From Lingula anatina (taxonomy: Eukaryota; Animalia; Brachiopoda), in assembly GCA_051362555.1 (NCBI GenBank), contig CM120640.1, positions 9,982,001 through 10,046,000 on the forward strand: a stretch of DNA of 64,000 bases. The letters are read 5' to 3'. This document shows positions 45,799-57,823 of this stretch, one piece after another. The translations under genes were made by a program, and so were the position numbers. Every line of letters begins with the position of its first letter. The first letter of the stretch is position 1. Below the pieces are notes generated by a model. That model was not told where the DNA came from, did not search any database, and saw only the letters and a program-made list of their open reading frames with translations.

Positions 45799-48700
45799 AA
45801 GAAAAAGAAAAGAAAGAAAAAGAAATTTCCATTCATGTAATGCCAGCACTATAAAATCAGTTTGGGGATGTGATGTGTTCAACTATGATAACTTGGCAGT
45901 CTGCACTTGCAGTGCAAAAACTTTTTTCCTTTTTGCACCATACCTTGTAAAATTTGTGTCTAAAAGCAGTGAGAAACATGAAAAGGATATTTCAAATGAA
46001 TAAGAAGTTTAGAAGGGACATAAAGGTGACTTACAGTATTTGGAAACACATACATGTATGCACATGCATGCATGCAAGAGAGAAAGAGCTTTCTTGACTT
46101 TTTATAAAAAGTCCTATTTTTAAGATATAAGAAATAACTGAATGTGGCAAATAGTGTACACCGCAATTTGGTTCTTGCTAAAAAAGTTGTTACCCAATTC
46201 CTTTATGGACTTCTTATTCTCAGTCTGGCAGGAACATTTTGGCCTGCCTCCACACTTCATGCTGGGCACCTTAGTCACTCTGATCTGTGGGCTTGCATCA
46301 CAGTTCACATCATACCAGTCCTCAGAAGTGGATATAATTAACAGGTGCTGCAAGTAACAGTTAGATATAATTTCCTTATGTTCTTGGGTTGCCTTACTTG
46401 AATAGGGTTAAAAAGCTGGCTTAATGAATGAGTATGCATTTATTTTTGTCAAGGTCTTATGGCTTGTTATTGTTAAAACAGAACAAGAAGGTGGATGACT
46501 AACACATAAAAGCAAAAAAAAATAAATTAATTAAATTAAAAAATAATAAATCAGAAATTAAGCACAAATCATTCTAATGTTATAATGGCTTGAGATGCCA
46601 AAGAATTTTGATGGTTTGGAACTTTTGGGAACATGAAAACCAAACTTTAAAGATTGTTTGTGTGCAGTGTCTTGAGTGGATGGAAAATAAAAAGGATCAA
46701 ATGCATCCTACTAAAAAAAAGCTTTTCTTTGCCATAGGATGGCTTACAATTTTTCAGCTTACGAATTGTTCATGTTAAATGAAAATAATTATTAATACTT
46801 CTGCAGTAGTAGTCTTATCAAAGCTGACCACATGGTTTGCCTATGTTTTTGTATGATATTAGAAATTTAGTAACTTTTCTTTAACCTACTTGAAGATCAT
46901 GTCATAGAAATCAATTTGACAAAGGGAAATTATTGGCACACCACTTGATTGGACTCAGTTTAACTTGGCATTTAACCTTGCACAATTCTTATAGGTAGAG
47001 TTATTCCTTTCATCAGTGTTTGTAAAGCCTCCAGCTGATTTGACAACAGAAGATTCCTGGAGGTTTTTAGTTTGTTTCTGGCTCACATTACTCTGCCCTT
47101 TACTTCTCTGTAGCTGGGTGGGTCTGCTACTGATTAAATGCACCATGTAGTTCTATGTGCACTTTTTTTCTGCTGGTACAACCTGAATCATGGCCAGTAT
47201 CTTTTTCATGAACTTTTTCAAGATTTGCACCATTATGTACAGAAAAAGTTTTGTATTTTTGGAAATTGTTGATGGGTACATTTATTTGTGTAAGATAGTA
47301 AAATAATTATCTTTCAAAAGGTCAAAGATGTTAAATGAAAAGTGAAAAATCATTTATATATTTATACACATGAGCATTCTTGATATGAGTCATGATCAGT
47401 GCAGGTGACAGTCTGACTAAATGACCACACATGTGAAGGGCTTAAAGTAGCCACAGCCATAAACCCACCTTTGGGCTGCAATGAAGGGCAGGTGGAGCAT
47501 ATTTTCACATGGTTTAAAATGCTTAAATTTAAAGATTGGAATACAGAGTGTGCAGCTTCATGTTTTTGCCTAGGGTTCACCTCCAGCAAGGATCTGTTTT
47601 TTAGTTTTCCTGAAGTGTTTCTAATGTAACAAGATTTATGATGAAAGACTTTCAGTCAAAACCCTGAAAGAAAAAAAAACGACTATAGCGCTTAAAACAG
47701 TAGAGGTGTAATAACATACTGGGACATAATTTAGATTCAGTACTATGTTTAGGAATTTTAATACATTTAGAAGTTGGTGTTATTTGCATATTTTCCAGTT
47801 CTGTTGCAACATATGATAACAAACATATAGGTTACCATGTTTTATATTTTACAAATATGTCTACATTTTAAGATGTTTCATTCACATTGTGTTTTGAAAT
47901 TACAGTAATTTAAAAGTATGAATACATTTTTTTTCACTTTTATTTCACTTTTATTTTTCTTTCAAATATAGACTATAATTATTTACAGGTGAATACAAAC
48001 TCGTACAGAATTTATGATGGCATGATTCAGCATCCATTTATGCTAACAGAGAGATATAATGTAAAAAATAATGTCAACAGCAGAGGACAGTTTCAGGACA
48101 TCACATCATATCTTAATATAACAGGTATCATTTGAAGATCACTGATCATGTTATTCACACATATGCTGTCACTTTTCAGATACTCAATTTCTTTGACTAT
48201 TATTTCAATGAAATTACTTGTATTCATTCAATTATTGTCATATATTTCTGCGATATCCATGCAATATATGATATGCTTTCCTTGAATTTTAACAAAAATG
48301 TAGATTTTAACACCATCCGAAAGAAAAATTAATTGCTTAATTGTACAGGCACACGAAACAATTCTTCATTGTTGACCTTTGTAATTCTGATATTTATTTC
48401 ACCACAATTTTCCAGCTGTTCAGCCTGAAGATGCAGGGGCAATTGGCTGCAGAGTTAACAGCCAGATGGTTTTGGGAGAGCTGAAAGTTTTTGGTACTTA
48501 TGCACATTTTTGTAATTATTACATTTAATGAATATTTTATGTACAGTCACTGAAGACCTTTGCTAGACACATTTTCTAAATATCCACGTTACCTGCAATG
48601 GTCTAGATATCCATGTTACCTGGAGTGCATTATTAAAGATTGGTGGTGATTATGCTATAAATTAAAGCATTATGTAATATTGCATCATAATTAAAGAAAT

Positions 48701-51700
48701 CCTATTTTGGGCAATATGCCACCATAGTGACCATTAAAGAAAAACCATATCACTAACTGTTCTCAAACTTACAGGAAAAAACAGGACTTAAATTCAGCCT
48801 TGGTTGGAAAACAATTAAGTCTGATTGGTTGAATTTTCTGGAAGTTATACAGTTTTTTATGAAATTTTAATTGGCATTTTATGAAATTTTAATTGGCATT
48901 TTCAATTTGTGACTTAAAACCTCAATGGGCTTAAAGACCTTTCTTGTCCATAGATGTAGGTTCAAGAATAAGCAAAAATCAAGCTTTTGCAGGACTTGTA
49001 TGTAAACATGTACATGTGCTTGTATTTGCAACAATCAACTAATACTGTTTATAATTTCACTTTAGGTCCTATTAAATATGTCAAACTGGTCAGAACCACC
49101 ATAAGTGGACAGTCCTTTCCTCTGGCAAACGGCCAGTATGTAATGTTTGGAGACAATGATGGTCTGGAGTGTGAGGTAAAGGCCATTGGAACCTCACCAA
49201 AGGTCAAGGTCATGATAGGGGACATGGAAGTGACCAGGTCTTACAATCTTCAAGAAGTCTGTGAGTAAATGCCTTTGAGAAATCATGAATGTTTTACTTC
49301 ATAAATTTGGCGAAGCAAAAGTTTTGGTCCTTCCTTCCAATTTTACATCAGCAGCAAGGTATCCATTAAGACTGAAGTATTCCACACATTTGTAAAATGA
49401 AAAGCTGGCTTATCTCATTTATTGATGTCATCAGGATTTTAAACTAAAGCTTTACCTCTAAAAAATTGATGACTTTTTCAGCAACTGAAAAAGACAATGC
49501 AGGTCTGGTTATCCAGAGTAAGACGGTCACTCTTAGCACCAGTGTGTTGCGGCTGAGCCCATCGGACAATAATCAAAAGCTGAGGTGTGTTGCCTCTGCT
49601 CCTAACTACCTGGACATGGAATCCAATGTCATAATTGGAATGAAAGGTTAGGGTTGATGTCATTGTGGATGTGTTTCATGTGTTTCAATTTCTGTAATGT
49701 CACATATCTAAAACCTTTTTGGAACAATTGGTTTACAGATCCATTCAAATTGTAGTGTAATAATATGAATATTCAGTATACATACTGGTAGGTGATGTCT
49801 AATTGATAATGCATGACACTAAACTAAAATTTATGAAATTATCTTTTGAAAATTCTATGCAAAGAATTCTCAGTTTTGATGAAAATAAAAGTACCTGGAA
49901 AGCTTGTGAAGAATGATTTTGCCAAAAATATAATTCTCACACCACATACAGTATATACACTGTATCTTTTATGAAGGGCTGTAAAAATAGAAATGTGAAA
50001 TATTCAATTACAATTATTATGTCATTTAGAATGTCCTTTTACATCACCATATTTAGGGTAAAATAGATGCAGATGGTAATGGGATGAATTATCAATAATA
50101 AATGAGTGATTTCAGGATTTTATGATAGGAAATTAATGAAATGATTATGCTTTCAGCTAAGCCTATAGTTAAGTGTGCGGATGCAGTGGAAGCCTCCGTT
50201 GGTGAGGAGACGTTCAGCATTGTGTGTCATGTACTATCTAACCCAGTTGCTGATAGTATCACTTGGTCCTTTTCAAAATCTGACAGCAGCATCATCAACC
50301 TCACAGGAGACCAAACACTAGGGGCATATAGCAGCATGTCTACTGTGAGTATTGTATTGTATTGTATTGTGAACACATTTTATACATAAACTTGAAACCA
50401 GATGATACACTTAAAGTGGGTTTACATCTTCAGAAATGAGGAAAAGCACTCTTACACAGCAACACCCATTTAAAAATATACTGCTTACTTGGTACATGGC
50501 TGATCAATGCAGTAGACTGAAAATGTCAAATAATATCATTAGAACCAGTTTATATTATTGCCTGTGTGAACTCACCATTTGTTGTAAAGACAGAAAGCCA
50601 GTGTCACAGTGTTTCATTTGTTAAAGAAGCTAGGCAAAAGGCTTGCATAATGTTCTCATATTTTTATGAAGATGTAATGTTTTGAACAATATTACTTTGC
50701 AGGTGAGCAATTTTAACTACACTGTCAAATTGATCATCCATGATGTGAGTGAGGAACACTTCAGAGACTACCGCCTTGTAGTTGCCAACGAAGAAGGACA
50801 AGATGAAGCCACTGTCTCCTTGTCCAAAAGTAAGTGGTTAACACAGTAAACATTAGAATTGAAAAAACTAGTTCATCTTGGTCTCTGTGAAATAAGTAAC
50901 AATGTTAAAAAATAAGATTCAGCACATTCACACAGCATAGTGGTTTGTTTTGAATTTAACAGCATGCATTGCTGTGGCAACCAACCCTGAATAGATATTT
51001 TGTACATAAGATATTATAATATGTTTTCACATAAAAGGTTAACTTTTTTCAATATTTTGTGTCCCCTATATTTTTAATCAGTTTGTTTGAATATTTAAGA
51101 GTTTCCTGCACAATTCTTTCAAATAATCCAATATCTTGTTTAAATATAAATATATCTTGTACAGTTTATATGGCCCTTGTGATCCAAAACAATTGGTCTA
51201 AATTTCAGAAAAAAATTTAATGTGATTTAAAAAACAGACTTTTGTTCTTTGGTCTGACATTCCATGGAAGATATACTGCATTATTTCAAATATCTTGCCC
51301 TAATAAGAAGGTATAAGTATAACATTTGTGGCGTATTTTGTTTCATTTTGTAATTACAAAGAATTAAACCCCTTTAAATTTGAATTATTATAAAGCCTCA
51401 AACATGGAAAGTGTACCATTCCCCCTTAATAGCTTTAGCTGTTTTCTTTTTTTTTAGAATTTTATTTATTTATTTATCATTTATTAATTATTTCCATTTC
51501 TTATTGCTTTTCCATTTTCAAGTTTTTGTCAAAGGGAATGTTTTGTGCTGCATTCTATTTGCAGTTTTACAGCTTATCTGGACTCTGAAAATTATTTGAC
51601 CTTCCAAAGCATGGCATTTAACATTTTATTTTCAAATTGAATGTAGATGTAAAATCAATATGTGTACATTGTTCATTATTTTTATAGGATTGAATATTTT

Positions 51701-54166
51701 GGGGGAGCAGAATGATAGCTTAAAACAAGGAAGACATTGTACCTTGAGTTAAAAAGGCATAAAATTAATATTGGCTTTAAAAGGCATTATTTTTAAAAAT
51801 TAAGCAATGTTTAAATATTTTAGTCATTTTAAGTGAATGCACATAGATTTCTGGACATAACAATATGTACATTATATAGTATAGATGCCATCAATGCACA
51901 TTATAAGAATGTTCAATTACTTTTGTATCATACTTAAATTTAACAGATGTGTACACACACATGCACACAAACACACACACAGAGCACAGATTTTTAGTAT
52001 AGTATCATTTCACTTTATTTTATTGCATATTTACAGTAATTACATGAAGGGAATTAGAAGCATTTCTAGCTAGTACATACTGTAGCATGTGTTTTATTTG
52101 GGGTCTACAACTCCCCAGTTACATCCAACAAAAAGAAAACAACCTTTTGTTGCAGAGCCAACTACAACAACAAGGAGTACTACAACGACAACAATGTCAA
52201 CATCATCATCATCATCTACAACGTCTAGTAGCACAACAACAACAACACAACTGCCAGTTGTTGTGGAGAAGATTATCCCTGTCCAAAATAAAACCTCCTC
52301 TAAACCTTCTGCAGTGTTAGATGTAGGTCTAACTAGCACTGTTCCCGCACCTAGAGAACAAAATGAAGGTAGACCATATGAAGTGTATTTTGATGGTTTG
52401 CAGCTGCAGTATTCTGTATCTCCCCTTGCATGTTATTCAAACAGACAAGAGTTCTGCATCTTGTGGGACATGGGCTAACTTTTTCAGATGCATGCTATGT
52501 TGATAACACTCAGGTCATTGGAAGAAATGTTTGCAGTTTGCATGCTTTACTATGAAAAAACTCTACATCATAGAAATATCTGAAGAGATTTTGTTATGCT
52601 AAACATATTTGCTGAAATTTTATATATTTTTATATTACATAACTATAAGTGATTATCATTAATGGAAAAGGAAAATTAAAAGATGAAGCAATTTCAAAAA
52701 TCATGAAAAACTATTTTTCTATGATGCAGTGTTTTTGTGGCACATTACATATACATATTTATTGCATGTTACACTGGTTAACAAGATATGGTTACATGGA
52801 CCATTTTGGAACAAATTAACGTGCATGCTCTCCACTCATCTAGGCATGGTGGCTTGAGTACAAAAGAATGTTGCAGTGGTAACTGCACCTGTCACTATTG
52901 TCTCACTGCTTATTATGGAAATTCTAGAACATAACCTTATCCTTACATGAGCACAGTACGAGTAGAATATATTCACCTTAAATAGAAATTTATGGTCATG
53001 ATGGCTTTGGAATACTTAAAAATACCTAAATTTTTTATTGACTTGGACCAAACTCAAAGTAATATTTAAGTTGTACAGATAAAGGCCTAAAGACAATGAG
53101 AAAAAAAAAACAACAAGGAAGTGCATGTTTATCACTGGAATGTTATGTTTTATTTATATGTAAGGCAGTAAGACAGTGGCAGGGCAGTGGTAGGCTGCTG
53201 ATTGGTATTCATACTATATATATATACTGTTGATTTGACTTGTCTTAAACTGTTGTCTTGTTTCCTGCAGATAATATCACCATCACCCCACCATCATATG
53301 CCTTTGGGTCAAAGGGAACAGGGTTTTCCACAGGTTGGCTGCTGCTCAACTCCCCCCCCTATAGTGCTGTATTGAAAGTTGTAGATATATTTTGTTGCTA
53401 AACTTGGTATTTTTCATCATGATTAGTCTACTTCATTTGTCTCTTTTCTGTGTGCACTTTCATTTATAGTGTAGTAATGTGCACTGTTACTTAAACAATA
53501 CTTAAAATGTAGTTGCTTTACATTTTAAAGAGGCAGAAACCTATAGAGAGGCATATTTGGATATTGTCCACCTCAAGGCTTGCTTTAAGTCTGGCTGCAA
53601 AGCCAATTTTCATGTTGGCCCATTAAAACAATTCCATTTCAGTTAAATACCTAACAGGTCTCTTTTTTGTCTTCTGGAGCTAACTTTATATCCTGTTCTT
53701 ACTAGCAAAATATTTTAAATGCCGCATTTTTCTGAATTAGGTAATTTACTAACCTAGCTGTTTAGTGATGGTTGTGGAAGCATTTTAAAACTGTAGATGT
53801 GTCTTCAATATGAATTTTGAAGTATTTACATATTAAACATGTCATGCAGTAATGAAAACTGTTTAGAGCTTAAATAAAATGTATCTATCCTTCTTTGGAA
53901 TGCCTTCTTTAAAAGTATGCATCAATTTTAACAGTAAAGCAAAATTATGCAGCTTTTGTGCATGGTAACATTAATTAACTACTCACAATTATTCCATGTA
54001 ACATTAATGTAAAAGTGGAACAGTCACGATAAATACATGATTTTATTTTATAGCTGGATCGGTGACAGATGGTCCCACAGGATCCTCCCAGAGAATTGGT
54101 GGATTGACAGTATGGAGTTCACTTCTGGTTTTGTGTACCTGCTTCCTGCACACCAAGGTTTTGTAA
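28943..54166 (+). CDS. Predicted GPI-anchored immunoglobulin-superfamily protein (3 Ig domains plus Ser/Thr stalk; IgLON/lachesin/Kirrel-like layout), 11 exons, 491 aa
   Basis: Exons 28943-29015, 44907-45031, 47989-48124, 48416-48493, 49066-49260, 49482-49646, 50157-50344, 50703-50829, 52156-52368, 53271-53333 and 54054-54166 join in phase (1476 nt). Signal peptide, Ig motifs [40 protein letters not shown], and C-terminal GSS plus hydrophobic tail. Confidence 0.85.
32309..32342. repeat. (CA)n/(CG)n microsatellite
   Basis: CACACACACGCGCGCACACACA... run. Confidence 0.8.
33011..38479 (+). mobile_element. 5.5-kb head-to-tail and nested array of the HINE/Helentron-associated element
   Basis: Five 5' ends (about 33011, 33924, 34035, 34434, 35497) and two 3' ends (about 37074, 38479), all closely similar to 11048-12833; variable (GCCGAT)n microsatellite and 1-3 core repeats per unit. 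Confidence 0.85.
39342..40035 (-). mobile_element. Rex1/Babar-like LINE, 3' part (RT C-terminus, 3' UTR, (TTATC)n tail)
   Basis: [14 protein letters not shown]...[14 protein letters not shown]...YFLRKLK...[16 protein letters not shown]...[12 protein letters not shown]; frameshift near 39850; AATAAA on the - strand then a (GATAA)n run on + at 39342-39370. Confidence 0.88.
40036..41851. mobile_element. 1.8-kb non-autonomous TIR DNA transposon (hAT-like) inserted into the LINE RT, 7-bp TSD CTACATT
   Basis: 13-bp perfect TIR CAGTGTATGAAAT/ATTTCATACACTG; CTACATT at 40029-40035 and 41852-41858; removing it restores DLLLNVGKT; GCCCG-rich subterminal repeats at both ends. Confidence 0.88.
40276..40332. 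mobile_element. Fragment related to the 4273-4403 MITE, nested in the hAT-like element
   Basis: CAGTGTTGGATTTAGAGGGGGGTCAGGGGGGTCCTGAC resembles the reverse complement of the 4403 end, CAGTGGCGGAATTTAGAGGGGGGGTCAAGGGGGTCCTAAC. Confidence 0.55.
41852..43358 (-). mobile_element. Rex1/Babar-like LINE, 5'-truncated pol pseudogene (end of APE endonuclease plus RT)
   Basis: [67 protein letters not shown] and KFADD lie in one frame with nonsense codons at 42516-42518 and 42252-42254. Confidence 0.92.
44907..45031 (+). CDS. Ig gene exon 2 (Ig1 strands A-C)
   Basis: [42 protein letters not shown]; TTTTCAG acceptor, GTAAGA donor; phase 1 to 0 as required. Confidence 0.85.
45316..45386. repeat. (AT)n microsatellite
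   Basis: Pure AT dinucleotide run. Confidence 0.95.
45767..45825. repeat. poly(A)/(GAAAA)n low-complexity tract
   Basis: About 30 A followed by GAAA(A) units. Confidence 0.85.
47989..48124 (+). CDS. Ig gene exon 3
   Basis: [45 protein letters not shown]; TTTACAG acceptor, G|GTATCA donor. Confidence 0.85.
48416..48493 (+). CDS. Ig gene exon 4 (Ig1 strands F-G)
   Basis: [26 protein letters not shown]; phase 1-1. Confidence 0.85.
48550..48945 (+). mobile_element. Degenerate internal fragment of the HINE family
   Basis: CTGAAGACCTTTGCTAG...TTATGTAATATTGCATCA...CCTATTTTGGGCA...CTGTTCTCAAACTTACAGG matches the interior of copy A with many substitutions. Confidence 0.75.
49066..49260 (+). CDS. 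Ig gene exon 5 (Ig2 first half)
   Basis: [10 protein letters not shown]...[34 protein letters not shown]; TTTAG acceptor, T|GTGAGT donor. Confidence 0.85.
49482..49646 (+). CDS. Ig gene exon 6 (Ig2 second half)
   Basis: [54 protein letters not shown]; C2-set-like. Confidence 0.85.
50157..50344 (+). CDS. Ig gene exon 7 (Ig3 first half)
   Basis: [41 protein letters not shown]...; TTTCAG acceptor, GTGAGT donor. Confidence 0.88.
50703..50829 (+). CDS. Ig gene exon 8 (Ig3 second half)
   Basis: [42 protein letters not shown]; TTGCAG acceptor, A|GTAAGT donor. Confidence 0.88.
52156..52368 (+). CDS. Ig gene exon 9 (Ser/Thr mucin-like stalk)
   Basis: [38 protein letters not shown]...PREQNE; phase 1-1; exact donor less certain. 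Confidence 0.78.
53271..53333 (+). CDS. Ig gene exon 10
   Basis: [21 protein letters not shown]; strong TTTCCTGCAG acceptor, CAG|GTTGG donor; 63 nt, phase 1-1. Confidence 0.7.
54054..54166 (+). CDS. Ig gene exon 11 (GPI-signal-like C-terminus)
   Basis: [37 protein letters not shown]; TTTTATAG acceptor. Confidence 0.78.
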
Positions 54167-57100
54167 GAAGTTGATCTACAAGGATTAACCCCAAGGTTTC
54201 TGTCTGTGATGCTTTCAGGCTTAGGGTAGCTGGCCTCTCAGCTACTATTACTGTACAACATGTATTTTGCAGCATGGGATAGTTTATCAGATTCGAAAAA
54301 GATGGATGAAAAACAAGGAAGTTTCAATTTGCTTTGAAACCCCAAGGACGCTGTGACTGTTTATAATACAGTCACTAAATAACAGTTCTCATTTTGATAT
54401 TGAAAAATTTGCATTAATATTGAAAAATCTTGTTTGGCCTCCTCTTTTAGCACATATATCAACATTAACCTAGCACTTTTATTATAAGGAAAGCTTATCT
54501 GCCAAAATTTTGAATTCCACGGGAAAAAGATTCATTCAAGATTTTTCAGTACCTGTTATTTTGGTGTTTTAAGATGTTCTGTAACAGTGCAAATTACAAT
54601 CCAAGTTCTCTTATATGCTGTAAGTCAAGTAAAGAAATAGATTGTTATACAGGCATGATAACCATTTATAGTGTTTAGCTTTATTCTGGGTTTATATTGT
54701 CATTCAGTGAATCCTTTTGGTATGTGTAATGTTAGTGGCATAGAAAAGAACTTGATACTGGAAAATCACAATATGAAATATTGATCATATATGTGGCAGT
54801 CCTGTTTGAAGAAACGTTTTGAATATCCCTACATTGTGTCTCTCACAGAATGATTTCCTGGACTGGTGAATGTGCAAGTAACTAAAACAAACATTCATCA
54901 GCTTTATCTCAATTTCATCCTACTGCATGGACCTTGTCAGGATGGCATATGGCATGTATAAGTGGGGGGGAAATGAAATAAGGTGTTTGAGTTAGATGGT
55001 GCAGTCTAGGTATTGGACAATGGAGAAAATGTGTAAAATCAGCAAACATTTTAAAGATATATATCACTCTTTGTCTTAAATTTTCTTTTTGAGTACTGTA
55101 TGTCAGATGTTTGATATATTTCCACCCTAAAATTAGTCCAATACTAAGACTTGAACCATTAACAGTAAAATTGGCCTAAATGTTTTACACCTCTTTTGTT
55201 TTAATACAAATTATCATATATACCAAAGAAACCCATAAAAGACTTGTCCAAAATCTTAATTAATAGAATTAAGTCTTTTCATATACTTTACTAAAAATTA
55301 ATTCTGCATGCACCGGTTGGTTGCAATAGATTTTTCATGTAGCATGTCAAAGATTTAATACAAGTCATAGTCTATTTCCTCCCCCCAGCCCCAAACAGCC
55401 TGATCCTATGCATTGATTATTTGAGTCTATTTTTAGCAGCCTTAGGATTGTATATTGTAAAGCATGCTCAGCTTCTGTTCAGAGCTAGTAAGAGTATTGC
55501 TGCAGCATACACACAGATCTTATGTTATCTTATCAACAAAAGATAAGCACTGTAATTAATTTCTACGGTACTTTTGCCGATAAATTAGTTTATAAAAAAA
55601 TCAAAATTTCCAAAATGTATTTTGCCTTTCTGAAATTGTGCAAAAAGAATGAATTCCAAAGTAATTGGGTTCATTCATGTTTAATTCTATGATCATCTTG
55701 ATACATTTGTATTCAAAACCATTTTATTCCTATTCTGTAAATAATTTTTAAATATCAAGAAAATATTTTTTGTAGAAAAATCCAGTTAAAAATGCACTGA
55801 AAATACTTGCACTACTTGTTAAAAAAAAACTTTGTTGTCGATTAATTTAGTTGAACAGTCAAACTGTGTAGATAGATTTTTACATGTAGTGAAGACAAGA
55901 CTAAATACACAAGAGAGATGTACATGTGTATGTTGTCACATATTTGTTAAAATGAAGTCTGTTACTTAAGATTTTTATTAATTAATTTACTCCTTTTCAG
56001 GTGCTTCATTTTGCTCATTGGTTTTTATGTATATTTCTTTTGTGATGCATGCTCAACTACTGTATCCAGTTTATATGTAACTCAATTTTATGAGCCAACC
56101 CAAACTGCCTGTATTTGCATAAAATTTTATCAGGTCAGTTTGGTTGCAATTTTGTATGCAGAGTTACCAAACTTACAATTGAAGTAGATACAGAGAAAGA
56201 TCATTACTAAATCAAGACCTCATTCACATAACACAGAAATGCTTTGACAACCTTACACGTGATCACGTAGAGATGTACAGTATTGTATATGGTATTGATT
56301 GGGAGTTATGTTTCACCACATAGGAAGGTCAAGTTGGACTTATTAAGATAAAATAAATGCAGTATTGATTAGTAGAGTTAGGAGGAAATTGTCTTTTGAG
56401 ATGGGAGTAAAATACATGAAGTTAATGATACCACACCTTGTGAATCTGGCAGTTTGTTGCCAGCAGTCAGCATTTCATCAAAATTGATTAGAGAGTGGTT
56501 GAACATGATACCTTTTTAATACAGCTGGTGATCATGATTATTTTGAATAGACAAAGCAGTTGTAAGAATAAATAAATTGAAATTACTGTGATTGTTTGTA
56601 CTACTAAAACTAGGCAAAATGAACACCACAAATCAATGTGTTCCAAAACTATCATTTGTCTTTATGTTTTGTGCCAAATGGACCATTTGGCTGGATTTTA
56701 TCTTTATGAGTAATTTTTGTTGTTATATTTACATGTTCCAAGTTTAAAAGTAATGCATTCAAACAAAATTATTCATTCATGTAAATGAAGAACCTTAACA
56801 ATAAATTATTATGGTTAACTTAGTAAATACTAGATTAGTTTGCTGACTGCACAGGTAGTAATATATAGTAATTAGTAGCTGGTACCTAGAGATAGATAAG
56901 TAGAAATCTTGGTTCTGTGTATACAGTTCTTTCCTTTTCAAATTGTAACCGTTGTGCCAATATGATGGAATTGTATTATCGCACTGGACATGTTTATAAA
57001 GTTATATGTTTGCCATAAAATGCTTTTAATCAAATTTTTGTCTCTTTTCTTTGAAAGAAAACTAAAAAAGTTTGAAGTGTGTGTGATGGTAATGCATATT

Positions 57101-57697
57101 TTATTATTAAATATTATTGCATAATATACAATACTTTGGTTCATAAACATTGCAACCCTTATCTCGACTTTGACAGCCTTACTTACAAACCTCACATTTA
57201 TATGCATACTGATACATCTATTTCATAAGTACATAACATATATGTATGCCAGTATACATCACAAATCAAAAGTGGGCAATGCATAAACTTGAACTTATAA
57301 ACAAATCTACTTGCATAAAAAATAAGCAATTGAAGTCTGTATACTAAGTTTTACCTATTAAACCCACAAATGTTATCACAGCATGAATTTGTCCAACACT
57401 CTGTTGTGGAAGCACATCACTTTTGTAATAAAAGCTGCCGACGTAATTTAACTCCTTAATATGTAAATAGGTGCAGGTGACTAATACATAACTTTTTAAT
57501 GGCTGACATGAATTGAAATATTGTGTTGTCCTACTGAAGGAATGCCAATTAACAGAAATGTGGAATTCAAGTTGAAGACTCCCTTCCAGTGTATGTTGAG
57601 TAAATCCTTCAGTCAAAAAAAGGCAATTCCAACATGATTTTATATAAAAATATAATGGACGGAAAATAAAGAAAGATTGCATTCCTATAGCTGTGTG

Positions 57698-57823
57698 TCA
57701 CCTCCTGTCCATGACAATGTTCCCATCTTTGTCCTTGATGCGCACCCTGCCATTGGCATATCTTGTCTCCTGTCTCCCATCAGGGTAAACTATCTTAGCC
57801 GTTCCATCTGGGTATTCTCTTTT
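57698..57823 (-). CDS. CENPJ: CENPJ terminal coding exon (end of TCP domain)
   Basis: [41 protein letters not shown]. Confidence 0.93.
   Translation of the reverse strand, partial: KREYPDGTAKIVYPDGRQETRYANGRVRIKDKDGNIVMDRR

Noticed and set aside
46142-46357. ORF containing [10 protein letters not shown], resembling an Ig B-strand
   Set aside because: No C-strand Trp and no good in-phase donor; exon 44907-45031 supplies the missing Ig1 half with correct phases.
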